Assembly: GCA_046313915.1 (NCBI GenBank)
Contig: JBKBXX010000004.1
Location: 1 to 62,065 of the forward strand
DNA: 62,065 bases
DNA from: Burkholderiales bacterium
GTDB lineage: Bacteria; Pseudomonadota; Gammaproteobacteria; Burkholderiales; SG8-41
Reading direction: 5' to 3'
The position numbers and the translations under genes are program-made. Of this stretch, positions 17,308 through 27,294 are shown piece after piece (the first letter of the stretch is position 1; every line of letters begins with the position of its first letter). The notes under the pieces were generated by a model that searched no databases, was not told the DNA's origin, and was given only the letters and a program-made list of their open reading frames with translations.

Positions 17308-18570
17308 CTAGCGAGCGCCGGTTGGGAACGATTCCGGCAGGGCCAGCACCGGATGGCCGACCGGCGCCTCGTACACGATCTTCCAGCGGCCGTCTTCCAC
17401 GATCCAGTACTGCTGTTTTCGCGTTCGCTGGGTGAAGGTGCTCGAACGGTAGTTCTGGTCGAACGCGACCACCACGAGATTCCCCGCAGCGGGGCTACTG
17501 AACACGCTCACGTTTTCGAATGCGACTTTGATCCACGTTTTGCTCGCATTGATGCGCCGCTTGTGGGCACCCCATGTGTCGATATCCATGCTTCCCGAAC
17601 GGAAGGTGCGCGAATAATGCGCGAGGTAGCGGTCCGTGTCGAGGCTCTCCCAGTCGCGACGCCAGGCTTCCAGTTGCTGCATGAATCGATCGCCCTCCGC
17701 GCGCCACGCATCCGGCGTCACCCATTCCACGCGCTTGGCGATGATGACGGGCGTCGTGCCGGGCTGCACCCGCTTCGCGAGCAACGCTATGTCGGGATTG
17801 GCGAGCGCGATGCAGCCGTCGCTCGCGAGCGGCGGTCGGGCATAGGTATCCGCCGGAACGCCATGGAGCCAGATTCCGTAGCCGGTCTTGCGGTTCAGGC
17901 GATCCCATGCGTTGGGGTAGTTGATCGGGAACGCGCCCCAGCCGTAGAGATCAGGTAGTTTGCTGCCGGGAATTTGCGACGTTACGTGATAGACACCGAT
18001 CGGTGTTTTCTGGTCGCCTTCCACGACCTTCTCGAACCCGCGCTTGCCGATAGTCGCATAAAAGTCTTCCACGAGCCGCGGCATGCCGTCGCGATTTTCG
18101 TAGACGTAAACGCGCGAGCGGCTGGCGTCGACCACCACAGCGTTCTCCTGCCCTGGGGCGAAGCGCAGCAGGTAGCGCGGGATCAGATTTTCAGGTGGAT
18201 GTTCGGCATATGCGCGAACGCGCGCATGGATTTCGGCCCTCAGCTCCTCCAGGCGGTCGGCCGCGGCGTGACCGGTGTTGCCGATATCCGTTATGGGCCG
18301 TGCCCGCGCAAGCAGCAGATCGCCCCGGACGAGGTGGGCGAGGCGAAAATTCGGATACACGGCTGTCAACCGGTTCGCGGCGTCGAGCGCCGCGTCCAGC
18401 TTGTTTTGTGCGATCTCTTCGAAAATGCGCTGGAGCTGGCTCTCGGCGCCGTTCGGATTCGTCCTCGTGTGCGGGCCGTCAGCGACACCGGCGCCCGACG
18501 CGAGGACAAGGAGGGTTGCGGCAAGCCGGGATCGCCTCGAAAAACCCGGGCTGCGGTGCGCTGTTTTCAT
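17308..18570 (-). CDS. L,D-transpeptidase family protein (YkuD + NTF2-like C-terminus)
   Basis: EGDQKTPIG, GIWLHG..SDGCI catalytic His/Cys. Confidence 0.9.
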   Translation of the reverse strand: MKTAHRSPGFSRRSRLAATLLVLASGAGVADGPHTRTNPNGAESQLQRIFEEIAQNKLDAALDAANRLTAVYPNFRLAHLVRGDLLLARARPITDIGNTGHAAADRLEELRAEIHARVRAYAEHPPENLIPRYLLRFAPGQENAVVVDASRSRVYVYENRDGMPRLVEDFYATIGKRGFEKVVEGDQKTPIGVYHVTSQIPGSKLPDLYGWGAFPINYPNAWDRLNRKTGYGIWLHGVPADTYARPPLASDGCIALANPDIALLAKRVQPGTTPVIIAKRVEWVTPDAWRAEGDRFMQQLEAWRRDWESLDTDRYLAHYSRTFRSGSMDIDTWGAHKRRINASKTWIKVAFENVSVFSSPAAGNLVVVAFDQNYRSSTFTQRTRKQQYWIVEDGRWKIVYEAPVGHPVLALPESFPTGAR

Positions 18571-18678
18571 TTTCCCAGTCCCTGGAGATTCCGGTTCCGG
18601 CGGACGGTTCCCGAAAGCCGCGCTCCGCGGGGCGAAGCGGGGTCGGCACCCGCGCGACGGGCGGAGGCGCTTTTTATC

Positions 18679-18969
18679 CTACTTCGCGGTCTCGATGTGC
18701 GTCACCGTCAGCGTGCCGCCGACGTTGTCGGCCGAAAAGCGAATCCTGTCGCCGGCTTTCAGCTGCTCGAGCATCGCCGGATCCTTGACGCGAAATACCA
18801 TGGTCATCGCCGGCATGTCGAGGTTACGAAGAGGGCCGTGCTTGATGGTGACCTTGGCGGTGTCCTTGTCGATTTTGCGTATCTCGCCATCGGTGAGGGT
18901 TTCCGCGGCGTGCGCCAGTGCGGCAGCCGAAAGAATGGTTGCAAGCAGAAGAGCGGTGATTTTTTTCAT
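18679..18969 (-). CDS. cusF: CusF-like periplasmic Cu/Ag chaperone
   Basis: TIKHGPL..LDMPAMTMVF. Confidence 0.9.
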   Translation of the reverse strand: MKKITALLLATILSAAALAHAAETLTDGEIRKIDKDTAKVTIKHGPLRNLDMPAMTMVFRVKDPAMLEQLKAGDRIRFSADNVGGTLTVTHIETAK

Positions 18970-19070
18970 GATGTTCCTTTCGTTGACGTTTCAAAGGGTT
19001 GATAAAAAACAACGGGCGATGCGCAGCTGTCGCGACCGAGCCCGGCCAAGCGGTTTGAATACTTGCTGGC

Positions 19071-19553
19071 TCATGGTGTTACCGTGATTTTTCCGATCAT
19101 TCCTGCCTCATAGTGACCAGGGTGCAGGCACGCGAAATGGACTGTGCCGACCTTGGTGAATTGCCAGGTGAGCTCGGCGGTCTTTCCCGGGGCGGCGCTC
19201 ACCTGATTGGGATCGGCATGCTCCATCCCGGGATACTTTTGCATCTGCTCTGCATGCTCGCGCAGTGATTTCTCGTCTCCCAGCACCAGTTCGTGCGGCA
19301 TCTGCCCGGCGTTGCGCAGCACGATCCTCACGGTCTCGCCCCGCTTTACCGTGAATCGGGCGTGGTTGAAGCGCATGGTGTCGTAGGCGCCGATCTCGAC
19401 GGTGCGGGTGGCTTTCCTGGGATCACCTGGGCGCCCGATTTTGGCCCACTCGTCATCGTGGCCTCCCGCATGCTTGCCTGCCGCGACAGCAGGCGGGACG
19501 GCGAAAACGGCGAGGGCCGAATTCAGGAACAAAACTTGAAGCAACTTCTGCAT
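19071..19553 (-). CDS. cupredoxin (CopI-like)
   Basis: HELVLG, His/Met region, C..PGHYEAGM type-1 Cu site. Confidence 0.9.
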   Translation of the reverse strand: MQKLLQVLFLNSALAVFAVPPAVAAGKHAGGHDDEWAKIGRPGDPRKATRTVEIGAYDTMRFNHARFTVKRGETVRIVLRNAGQMPHELVLGDEKSLREHAEQMQKYPGMEHADPNQVSAAPGKTAELTWQFTKVGTVHFACLHPGHYEAGMIGKITVTP

Positions 19554-19678
19554 GGTGCGTTTCTCCCAATTTTAATTGATACGGCTGCTGCATCGAAAAA
19601 TTGCCGACTCCGTTGCGGTAATCACGGAACAGGCTCTTGAAACCCGAGTTCTTCTGATATTGAAGGACTTGAGCCTGA

Positions 19679-21049
19679 TCAATGACGGCTGCGACCGCCC
19701 GGCTTGCGGGCCCGCAGGGTAACGCCAGCCTCACGCCCCTGCACGACGCGCGCTGCTTCGGGTGCCGTTCCCGTCCATTCGTAGGCGACGGTTCCCGGCG
19801 GGTGCGGATACCAGCCCGGATCCTTGTAGTCGTCGCGTGCCAAGCCTTCGCGCACCTTGACCACGGTAAACATGCCGCCCATTTCGAGCGGACCGAAAGG
19901 GCCGCTGCCGGTCATCATCGGCAGCGTATTGTCGGGGATCGGCATTTCCATTTCAGCCATGTCGGCCATGCCGCGCTCGCCCATCACCATGTAATCCGGC
20001 ACGAGGTTGATGATTTTTTGCGCCACGCCGCGGTGGTCGACGCCGATCATGGTCGGCACGTTGTGGCCCATCGCGTTCATGGTATGGTGCGACTTATGGC
20101 AGTGAAACGCCCAGTCGCCGGGATAGATCGCGTCGAACTCGAAAGCGCGCATCGCGCCCACCGGAACGTCGATCGTGACCTCGGGCCATTGCGCGCTTTT
20201 CGGCACCCAGCCGCCGTCGGTGCAGGTCACGGTGAAATCGTAACCGTGCAGGTGGATCGGGTGATTGGTCATGGTGAGATTGCCCATGCGTACACGCACG
20301 CGATCGCCTTTGCGCACCACCAGCGGTGCGATGCCGGGGAAGACACGGCTGTTCCACGACCACAGATTGAAATCGGTCATGGTGGCGATTTTGGGAGTGT
20401 AGCTTCCCGGATCGATGTCGTAGGCGTTGATCAGGAACACGAAATCGCGGTCGACCCGCATGAAATTCGGGTTTTTCGGGTGCACCACGATGAAACCCAT
20501 CATGCCCATCGCCATCTGCACCATTTCGTCGGCGTGCGGGTGGTACATGAAAGTGCCGGACTTTTTCATCTCGAATTCGTAGACGAAAGTCTTGCCCACC
20601 GGGATCTGGGGCTGCGTCAGCCCGCCGACGCCGTCCATGCCCGAGGGCAGCAGAATGCCGTGCCAGTGGATGGTGGTGTGCTCGGGCAGCTTGTTGGTGA
20701 CGAATATGCGTACCTTGTCGCCTTCCACGCATTCGATCGTGGGGCCGGGCGACTGGCCGTTGTAGCCCCACAGGTGCGCGGTCATGCCGGGTGCGATCTG
20801 GCGGCGCACCGGCTCGGCGACGAGGTGGAACTCTTTCCAGCCGTTGTTCATGCGCCACGGCAGCGTCCAGCCGTTCAACGTCACCACCGGTTGATAGGGC
20901 CGGCCGGTGGACGGCGCGAGCGGCGGCTGAGTGTCGGGTTTGGTTTGAATGGGCGCTTCCGGCACAGCGGCGTGCGCGACCTTGCTGACCGCGGCGGCGC
21001 CCAGCAGTGCGCCGCCCGCGGCCCGGAGAAAATTGCGTCGTGTAGACAT
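19679..21049 (-). CDS. Tat-exported multicopper oxidase
   Basis: TRRNFL; HWHG, MYHPH, HPIHLHG, HCHKSHH. Confidence 0.92.
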   Translation of the reverse strand: MSTRRNFLRAAGGALLGAAAVSKVAHAAVPEAPIQTKPDTQPPLAPSTGRPYQPVVTLNGWTLPWRMNNGWKEFHLVAEPVRRQIAPGMTAHLWGYNGQSPGPTIECVEGDKVRIFVTNKLPEHTTIHWHGILLPSGMDGVGGLTQPQIPVGKTFVYEFEMKKSGTFMYHPHADEMVQMAMGMMGFIVVHPKNPNFMRVDRDFVFLINAYDIDPGSYTPKIATMTDFNLWSWNSRVFPGIAPLVVRKGDRVRVRMGNLTMTNHPIHLHGYDFTVTCTDGGWVPKSAQWPEVTIDVPVGAMRAFEFDAIYPGDWAFHCHKSHHTMNAMGHNVPTMIGVDHRGVAQKIINLVPDYMVMGERGMADMAEMEMPIPDNTLPMMTGSGPFGPLEMGGMFTVVKVREGLARDDYKDPGWYPHPPGTVAYEWTGTAPEAARVVQGREAGVTLRARKPGGRSRH

Positions 21050-21070
21050 GTGTAGCTTCCTTGTCTCGGA

Positions 21071-22513
21071 TTAATGAGCGGGTTGTCCCGCGCCGCCGGC
21101 GACGGCTTGCATTGCACCGCCGTTCACACCACTCACGACACCTGGCGATTTGCCGGTGAGGGCCAGCGTGAGGTTCGATTCGGCGAGCCAGTAGTCGCGC
21201 AGCGCTTCGATATAGGCATTGACGGCACCGATCTGCTGACGTGCGTCGGCCAGCAGTTCGAACACGCTGATCAGCATGCCGTTGTAGCGCAACACGGTTT
21301 CTTCCGAGATTTTTTTCCTGAGGGGCACAATTTCGTCGCGATAGTGTTTTGCGAGATCGAACGCGGTGCGGTAGGCGTGATAGGTTTCGCGCACTTCGGA
21401 GCGCGCTCTAATCGCGATGTCGGCAGCGCGGTTTACCGCCTGCATGTAAGTGTGCTCGGCGCGTGCCACCCGGGCGCTGCCCCAGTCAAAAATCGGCAGC
21501 CGTAGCTCGATTTCATAACCCCTTTTGAACGGCTGCGCGCTCTCGCTGGTGCGCGCATAGCCGACTTCGAGCACGTTGACGAAACCGGTGGCCTTGGTGA
21601 GGCCGAGCGAGGCGGCGATGTTCTCGGCTTCTTTCATCGCGCCCTGGACGTCGAGACGCTGCTTCAGCGCCCGTGTCTCGAGGTCCGATATTTCGCGCGC
21701 CGTCTTCGGCAGCTCGGGCAGGCGCTCAGGCATTACGAAACGGATCTCCTCGCCCCACAATCCCATCAGTCGCGTGAGCCGTTCGCGTTGCGCCAGGGCA
21801 CTTTGCCTCGCCTTCGCAAGCTGGGCGGTGACTTCGGCGTAAAACGCCTGTTCACGCGCCTGGTCGAGTTTGCTGAAATTGCCCGCTGCCGCCATGCGGC
21901 GCGCGAGCTCGGCACCCGCCTCGGCGGCAAGTTTGACCTGCTCCATGTATTTGGCGCCTTCCTGCGCTGCGACTGCGCTGAACCACGCGCGGCGCGTATC
22001 GGTGGCCACCTGCAGGGTTTCGGCGGTGACGCGCATTTTGGCGAGTTCGAAGCGGCGCTGCTCGAGTTCGGTGCGGATCGGCATGGTGATCAGTCCCAGC
22101 ACGTCGAACAGAAAAGTGCGTTCGATTTCGACTTCATCGCCGCGCGTCGAGCGCGTGAATGAGAAACCCGGGTTGCGCAGCCGTCCCGCCTGCACCAGAT
22201 CGGCTTCGGCGATGCCGAGTTCGGCGTAGGTCGCCTGCAGGCCGCGGTTGTTGAGCAGCGCGATCTGCACCGCCGCATCCACGGTGAGCGGCGCGGCCAG
22301 CAGTTTCTTCACGATCACCTGCACCTGCGCGGCGTCGCGTTCGGTCTTCACCCACTTGATGTCCTTATCGACGAGCCGTTGACGGGTCATGGTCTCGACA
22401 GCGTCGAAGCCGCCGTCCTGAGAAAGTGTCGCGCAACCACCGAGAAAGGCGGCGCTCAACACCAACGCCAGCGCTTTGGCCCGGTCTGTTTTCGGGCTTG
22501 AAATTTTTTTCAT
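21071..22513 (-). CDS. TolC family outer membrane lipoprotein
   Basis: Lipobox LGGC, OEP repeats (AVQIALLNN, LPIFDWG). Confidence 0.9.
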   Translation of the reverse strand: MKKISSPKTDRAKALALVLSAAFLGGCATLSQDGGFDAVETMTRQRLVDKDIKWVKTERDAAQVQVIVKKLLAAPLTVDAAVQIALLNNRGLQATYAELGIAEADLVQAGRLRNPGFSFTRSTRGDEVEIERTFLFDVLGLITMPIRTELEQRRFELAKMRVTAETLQVATDTRRAWFSAVAAQEGAKYMEQVKLAAEAGAELARRMAAAGNFSKLDQAREQAFYAEVTAQLAKARQSALAQRERLTRLMGLWGEEIRFVMPERLPELPKTAREISDLETRALKQRLDVQGAMKEAENIAASLGLTKATGFVNVLEVGYARTSESAQPFKRGYEIELRLPIFDWGSARVARAEHTYMQAVNRAADIAIRARSEVRETYHAYRTAFDLAKHYRDEIVPLRKKISEETVLRYNGMLISVFELLADARQQIGAVNAYIEALRDYWLAESNLTLALTGKSPGVVSGVNGGAMQAVAGGAGQPAH

Positions 22514-22526
22514 CGCTGAGCTCCTG

Positions 22527-22841
22527 CTAACGGTCGCCGTGACCGGGCATCGCGGCTTTGGTGGAGGACGGCGACGCGGGCTGACCACCGTGCATGCCGC
22601 CGGATGGGCGCAAAGTGCCGGCGTGGCCGCCGATGCGTGCCGCTTGATCGTTGACGTCCCGCCACGAAGCGATTTCGGGGTCGCGGTGCGGGATGTAGCC
22701 ACTGAAAGCCGATTCATATCCGACGGCTGGCACGGCTGCTGCGGGATCCGATGCCGCGGGATGCGCAGTCGGTTGCGCGAATGTCGCTGCTGCTGTGGCC
22801 GCCATCGCAATGGCTAAAAAATACCTATTAAAAACAATCAC
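22527..22841 (-). CDS. exported hypothetical protein of TolC-copper oxidase operons
   Basis: Signal peptide, YESAFSGY..WRDVND..GGH; SD AAGGAG. Confidence 0.75.
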   Translation of the reverse strand: MIVFNRYFLAIAMAATAAATFAQPTAHPAASDPAAAVPAVGYESAFSGYIPHRDPEIASWRDVNDQAARIGGHAGTLRPSGGMHGGQPASPSSTKAAMPGHGDR

Positions 22842-22944
22842 TTATAATTTCTCCTTGATGCCAATCAAGCGCATGAACAGCGCGCGCAAAAGCGCTGCGA
22901 CTGCCAACGGGGCCAGCTCCGGGGTTATCCGGAGAGCAGGGTGG

Positions 22945-23301
22945 TCAGCTTCGGGGAGGGCGTTGCGGCTGTTCGGGAAAGAACGGCCGGGGAGGGGAAA
23001 AGCTCGCTGCGTGATAAGCCGGCAGATCGTCAGCGAAGGCCATGACGATCGCGCTCGGGATGCCGGAGGACACCTGGTGACAGGAAAGGTGACCGGCGTA
23101 ATCGGCTGCAGAGGAATCGCCTTGGTTCTGGTCGTGGTGATGGAGCGGGGCGCTTGCATCGCTGGCATGCGCATGGCTGGCGGCGTATTCCGTATCGGCG
23201 GGCTGGAAGCACGACACGTGCGACAGCGATGCGGCGATTCCCTGCGTGGGGATCAGCAGCAACAGCGCCAGGAACAATATCTTTTTGCCGATAATAGACA
23301 C
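22945..23301 (-). CDS. CopL/CzcI/DUF2946-like leader protein ending PEQPQRPPRS
   Basis: Signal-like segment, His-rich middle, SCH, C-terminal RPP. Confidence 0.7.
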   Translation of the reverse strand: MSIIGKKILFLALLLLIPTQGIAASLSHVSCFQPADTEYAASHAHASDASAPLHHHDQNQGDSSAADYAGHLSCHQVSSGIPSAIVMAFADDLPAYHAASFSPPRPFFPEQPQRPPRS

Positions 23302-23308
23302 GGTCCAG

Positions 23309-23338
23309 ATTCTAGAGTAAAACAAGTTTTCTTTGCAA
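23309..23338 (-). promoter_or_regulatory. sigma70 promoter, likely leaderless
   Basis: TTGCAA-18nt-TAGAAT ending 7 nt before GTG 23301. Confidence 0.65.
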
Positions 23339-23495
23339 GGGGCGCGAGCGTCATGACCCGCCGCTGAAATTCGCAGCAGGGCCATGACCCGATGATCCCG
23401 ATCACCTTTTCAGATCAGTCACGTTTCCGCGGACATCGGTTTGCCGGCGGCGTCACATCAATGGCGGTCCGAAAAGCTTCGGTGTGGGGTGCTTG

Positions 23496-23939
23496 TCATC
23501 CCTGGTCGTACGGATCACTCCCGACATACACTTTTACGCCTGCCACATCGATGTCCTTGGGCGCTATTTCCTGCAAATCGAAGACGGGCGTGCCCAGGGT
23601 ATCGAATTTCCAGGCAAAGGACTTCCCGCCGACCGTGATCAGCACCGTTTCTCCGCGCGTGACGTTCACATAGCGGTCGCCGGGGCGAAGCTCGATTCCG
23701 CGATCGGATGATTGGGGCGAAGTGGCGCTGCCCAGATGCTGTCCTTTGACTTTGAACGTATTCATGTGCCCTTCGATCATGCTCATGAATGAGCCGCCGG
23801 ACGCAGTTGCGGCATCGCGGGCCCACTGGCTGTTTCCGGGGTTATCCCACGTTTGTTGGGTACCGCCGGCGGATGCGCCGGTTCCGAATGCTGCGGAAAA
23901 GGCGCCTGCGGCAAGCGTGATGGAAAGTTTGCGTAACAT
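23496..23939 (-). CDS. CzcE family periplasmic metal-binding protein
   Basis: G..A..DR.IEL..GDRYVNVTRGETV..FAWKFDT. Confidence 0.8.
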   Translation of the reverse strand: MLRKLSITLAAGAFSAAFGTGASAGGTQQTWDNPGNSQWARDAATASGGSFMSMIEGHMNTFKVKGQHLGSATSPQSSDRGIELRPGDRYVNVTRGETVLITVGGKSFAWKFDTLGTPVFDLQEIAPKDIDVAGVKVYVGSDPYDQG

Positions 23940-24048
23940 GGTGTGTCTCCTTGATGACTGAAGTGGGTTCGCCGTTTGCGGCGAGCGACCGAATGTTCGA
24001 TCGTGAACGCACTGTAATGCCGCACTGTTTACCGGCCCCTGACTTGCG

Positions 24049-24066
24049 GATTACAAGTTTGTAACC
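24049..24066. promoter_or_regulatory. CusR/CopR binding box
   Basis: GATTACA-AGTT-TGTAAC palindrome between divergent czcE and cusR. Confidence 0.8.
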
Positions 24067-24116
24067 CATGGCGGCGTCACGATGCGGCACAATGAAAGCC
24101 GAACACGAGGAGCGAT

Positions 24117-24788
24117 ATGCGGATTCTGGTGGTGGAAGACGAACCCAAGACCGGCGATTACTTGAGAAAAGGTTTGAGCGAATCGGGTTTCGTGGTGGAT
24201 CTGGCGCGCACGGGACCTGACGGCCTGCACATGGCAAGCAGCGGCGATTACGATCTCGTCGTGCTGGATGTGATGCTTCCGGGGATCGACGGCTGGCAGA
24301 TCATGCGGGAACTCCGAAAAACCAGGGAGACGCCGGTGCTGTTCCTGACAGCCAGAGACGAAGTCGAGGACCGTGTCAAGGGGCTGGAACTCGGCGCGGA
24401 CGATTATCTCGCCAAGCCTTTTGCTTTTGCGGAGCTGCTGGCGCGCATTCGCAATCTCATGCGGCGAGGCCGTCGTCGCGAGCAGGAATTCATCCGGATC
24501 GCCGATCTCGAGATCGATGTTCTCAAGCGCCGTGTTGCAAGGAATGGCAAACGCATCGATCTCACCGCAAAGGAGTTTGCTCTGCTGTATTTGTTGGCCA
24601 GTCGTCAGGGGGAGGTATTGTCGCGCGCGCTCATTGCGTCTCAGGTATGGGATATGAATTTTGACAGCGATACCAACGTCGTCGATGTCGCGATCCGCCG
24701 GCTGCGCGCAAAAGTCGATGATCCATTTTCCCGCAAGCTCGTCCAGACGGTGCGCGGCATGGGGTATGTGATCGAGGATCGCGAATGA
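24117..24788 (+). CDS. cusR: heavy metal response regulator
   Basis: Receiver + OmpR w[24 protein letters not shown]. Confidence 0.93.
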   Translation: MRILVVEDEPKTGDYLRKGLSESGFVVDLARTGPDGLHMASSGDYDLVVLDVMLPGIDGWQIMRELRKTRETPVLFLTARDEVEDRVKGLELGADDYLAKPFAFAELLARIRNLMRRGRRREQEFIRIADLEIDVLKRRVARNGKRIDLTAKEFALLYLLASRQGEVLSRALIASQVWDMNFDSDTNVVDVAIRRLRAKVDDPFSRKLVQTVRGMGYVIEDRE

Positions 24789-26194
24789 TATCGCTGAGGT
24801 ACATGTCGCTCGCCACCCGGCTGGGATTGCTTTTTGCCACGCTGGCCACGCTGGCTTTCGGGATTGCCGGCTATCATCTCTACCATCCCTTCTCGCATCA
24901 GTTCCGGGCGCGGGATGATGCGGCATTGGTAAGCATTGTCAATCTCTTGCGTGATCGATTGAAGGATTTTGACAGCGTTGCTGCGGTTGGCGCGAATCCC
25001 GGCGTACTGCTGGATGTCGTGGACGGCCGGAAAGGATTGTTCCTGACGATCAGGGATTCCAGAGGTGTATTGCTTGCGACAAGTTCAAGGAATTATGCGC
25101 TGTTGCCCGCTGTCCCGCCTTTTGTCGTGAGCGATGATCTGGGCGCCATTGGCATTCGCGATTGGCAGGAAAGCGGCGGAGTTCGCGGGCACATCATCAG
25201 CGCATGGGCAAAAGTCAACGACAGTTCGGGGAGCCGGGTCATGCTGCTGCTCGCGCAGGAGGAGCGGCAGCAGATGACTGCCGAACTCGAAGCTCACCGC
25301 AAGGACGCGGCATGGACGATAGTGGCTGGCGCGCTTGCGACGATATTCTTCGGCTATGTCATAGCGCGTCGCGGATTGCAGCCGTTACGTGCGTTGGCAA
25401 AAACGGCAGGCGAGATCACCGTCCACCAGCTTGGAGAACGATTGCGGATCGAGGATGCTCCACCTGAGCTCGAGGAAATGGTGCGCGCTTTTAACCTCAT
25501 GCTCGACCGGCTGGAAGATTCTTTTCGCCGGCTTACGCAGTTTTCATCGGACATTGCTCACGATCTGCGCACGCCGATCAGCAACCTCATGGTGGAAACC
25601 CAGGTCACGCTTGCGCAGCGGCGCTCGGTACAGGAATACGAGGAACTGCTTGTTTCCAATGTCGAGGAATATGAACGGCTGACAAGGATGATAGAAAACA
25701 TGCTGTTCCTCGCGCATGCGGAAAACGCCCAGGTCACGCTGCGCCGGGAGATGTTGTCCATCGAAACGGAGCTGAAGCGCATAGGCGAGTATTTTGAAGG
25801 CATGGCCGAAGAGGCAGGTATATCGCTCGACGTAATCGCCAGCGGGAGCCTGGCTGCCGATGCCATCCTGTTCCGGCGTGCCGTAAGCAACCTCGTCGTC
25901 AATGCGATCCGGTATACAACCCCCGGGGGGTGTATCACGATGCGCGGATACCCGCGCGCGGGAGGCAGGTTCGTGATCGAAGTGAGCAACCCCGGCGTGG
26001 GTATTCCTTCCGAACATTTGCCAAGAATCTTTGACCGCTTCTATCGTGTAGACACCTCACGAGTCCAGTCGCACATCTCGTCGGGCCTTGGACTCTCCAT
26101 TGTCAAATCGATTGCGGTATTACACGGCGGAAGCGTCGAGGTCGAAAGCGTTCCGAACGGACTCACGACGTTTAGGCTGATTTTCAAAGGGTAA
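24785..26194 (+). CDS. cusS: heavy metal sensor histidine kinase
   Basis: 2 [18 protein letters not shown], HATPase. Confidence 0.9.
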   Translation: MISLRYMSLATRLGLLFATLATLAFGIAGYHLYHPFSHQFRARDDAALVSIVNLLRDRLKDFDSVAAVGANPGVLLDVVDGRKGLFLTIRDSRGVLLATSSRNYALLPAVPPFVVSDDLGAIGIRDWQESGGVRGHIISAWAKVNDSSGSRVMLLLAQEERQQMTAELEAHRKDAAWTIVAGALATIFFGYVIARRGLQPLRALAKTAGEITVHQLGERLRIEDAPPELEEMVRAFNLMLDRLEDSFRRLTQFSSDIAHDLRTPISNLMVETQVTLAQRRSVQEYEELLVSNVEEYERLTRMIENMLFLAHAENAQVTLRREMLSIETELKRIGEYFEGMAEEAGISLDVIASGSLAADAILFRRAVSNLVVNAIRYTTPGGCITMRGYPRAGGRFVIEVSNPGVGIPSEHLPRIFDRFYRVDTSRVQSHISSGLGLSIVKSIAVLHGGSVEVESVPNGLTTFRLIFKG

Positions 26195-26534
26195 TGCCAA
26201 AACGGGAAAGAATCGGCACGGCTGCCACATAACACACGAGCATGACGCCGATCGACACACCAAGGCTGGCATAAAAACCCATTCCGGATTTCAGCAGCGC
26301 CGGCAACACCAGGAACATCGGCAGGGTGGGCAGCACCAGCCAGAACGTGCTCACCGACAGTTCGGCGATCTTGCCGGTGTCCCCGGTATCGACGTAGAGC
26401 CAGATCATGGCGAGGATGGAGATAAGCGGCAGCGATTTGATCAGTGCGCCCAGCCCCGGACTGGCTTTCGCGACTTCGGAGACGATGACGATGATGCCGG
26501 CCGAGAGCAGAAGCTTTACGACATAATACAGCAT
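26184..26534 (-). CDS. DUF3147-like small membrane protein
   Basis: VSEVAK..GALI.SLPL.S.LAM.WLY; four TMs. Confidence 0.75.
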   Translation of the reverse strand: MLYYVVKLLLSAGIIVIVSEVAKASPGLGALIKSLPLISILAMIWLYVDTGDTGKIAELSVSTFWLVLPTLPMFLVLPALLKSGMGFYASLGVSIGVMLVCYVAAVPILSRFGITL

Positions 26535-26734
26535 GCATGTTTCCTCCATGGATGATAGCCGGAGAGTTTACGTCGGAATCTGGCGGCAAGACAGGGTTGC
26601 CCGTCCATCATCAGGGCGCTGCCACTGCAGCAGGTTGCGGCTGGGCGATTGGCGCGGTCCGGTTTTGCCGGCTGCCGGAGATTACGGTGGCATAGGACGG
26701 TTTGCGTGTGACAGTGCCATGGTCCGATGGATTA

Positions 26735-26748
26735 TTGATTTGCATCAA
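26735..26748. promoter_or_regulatory. FNR-type box (class II geometry)
   Basis: TTGAT-TTGC-ATCAA with AATAAT at 26770-26775, same spacing as the 16672 box. Confidence 0.85.
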
Positions 26749-26848
26749 ATGAAAACGGCTGGCATCATGAATAATCCGTCTCCGGGAAGAGCTGTCAGGG
26801 CAGCCATGGGGTTGCTTTCCAGGCTTTTCGCGCTATCGACCCCGATTA

Positions 26849-27229
26849 ATGGCCGTGACCAGGAATCCAGAGCGTTTTTTGCACTCGCTGTGCCGCGCGA
26901 TCATCATCGCGCTGCTGTTTACGCAGGCTGCTTTTGCGGCCCAGCCCTGTATCACGCCGGGCGTTTCCGTAGCCAGCGCGATGTCGGGGCAGATGGACGA
27001 CGATTGCAATATGCCTGCTGTAAGCGCCGGCAAACTGTGCGCGGTGAAGTGCATGGATAGCGACCAGTTGGCCGTGTTTGCTGCACCGGTCGTCCCCCCG
27101 CGGCCAACCGTTGCGGTTTTGACGCTACCGCCACCGCCGGCAGATGGCGTCGTGGTGGCGATGCGCAACCGGATCGAACCGGCACGGGATCCTCCCAAGG
27201 CCATCCGTTTCTGCAGCTTCCTGATTTGA
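26849..27229 (+). CDS. exported Cys-containing leader-type protein (C-term PPKAIRFCSFLI)
   Basis: Signal peptide, LCAVKC, Pro-rich tail; heads the cusCBA-like operon. Confidence 0.7.
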   Translation: MAVTRNPERFLHSLCRAIIIALLFTQAAFAAQPCITPGVSVASAMSGQMDDDCNMPAVSAGKLCAVKCMDSDQLAVFAAPVVPPRPTVAVLTLPPPPADGVVVAMRNRIEPARDPPKAIRFCSFLI

Positions 27230-27294
27230 TCCTCCCCTGTACGTGGTAGTGCGCCGCGATCGCGGCTGCGTGTCTTTCTTTGCGGAGGTGTGTC

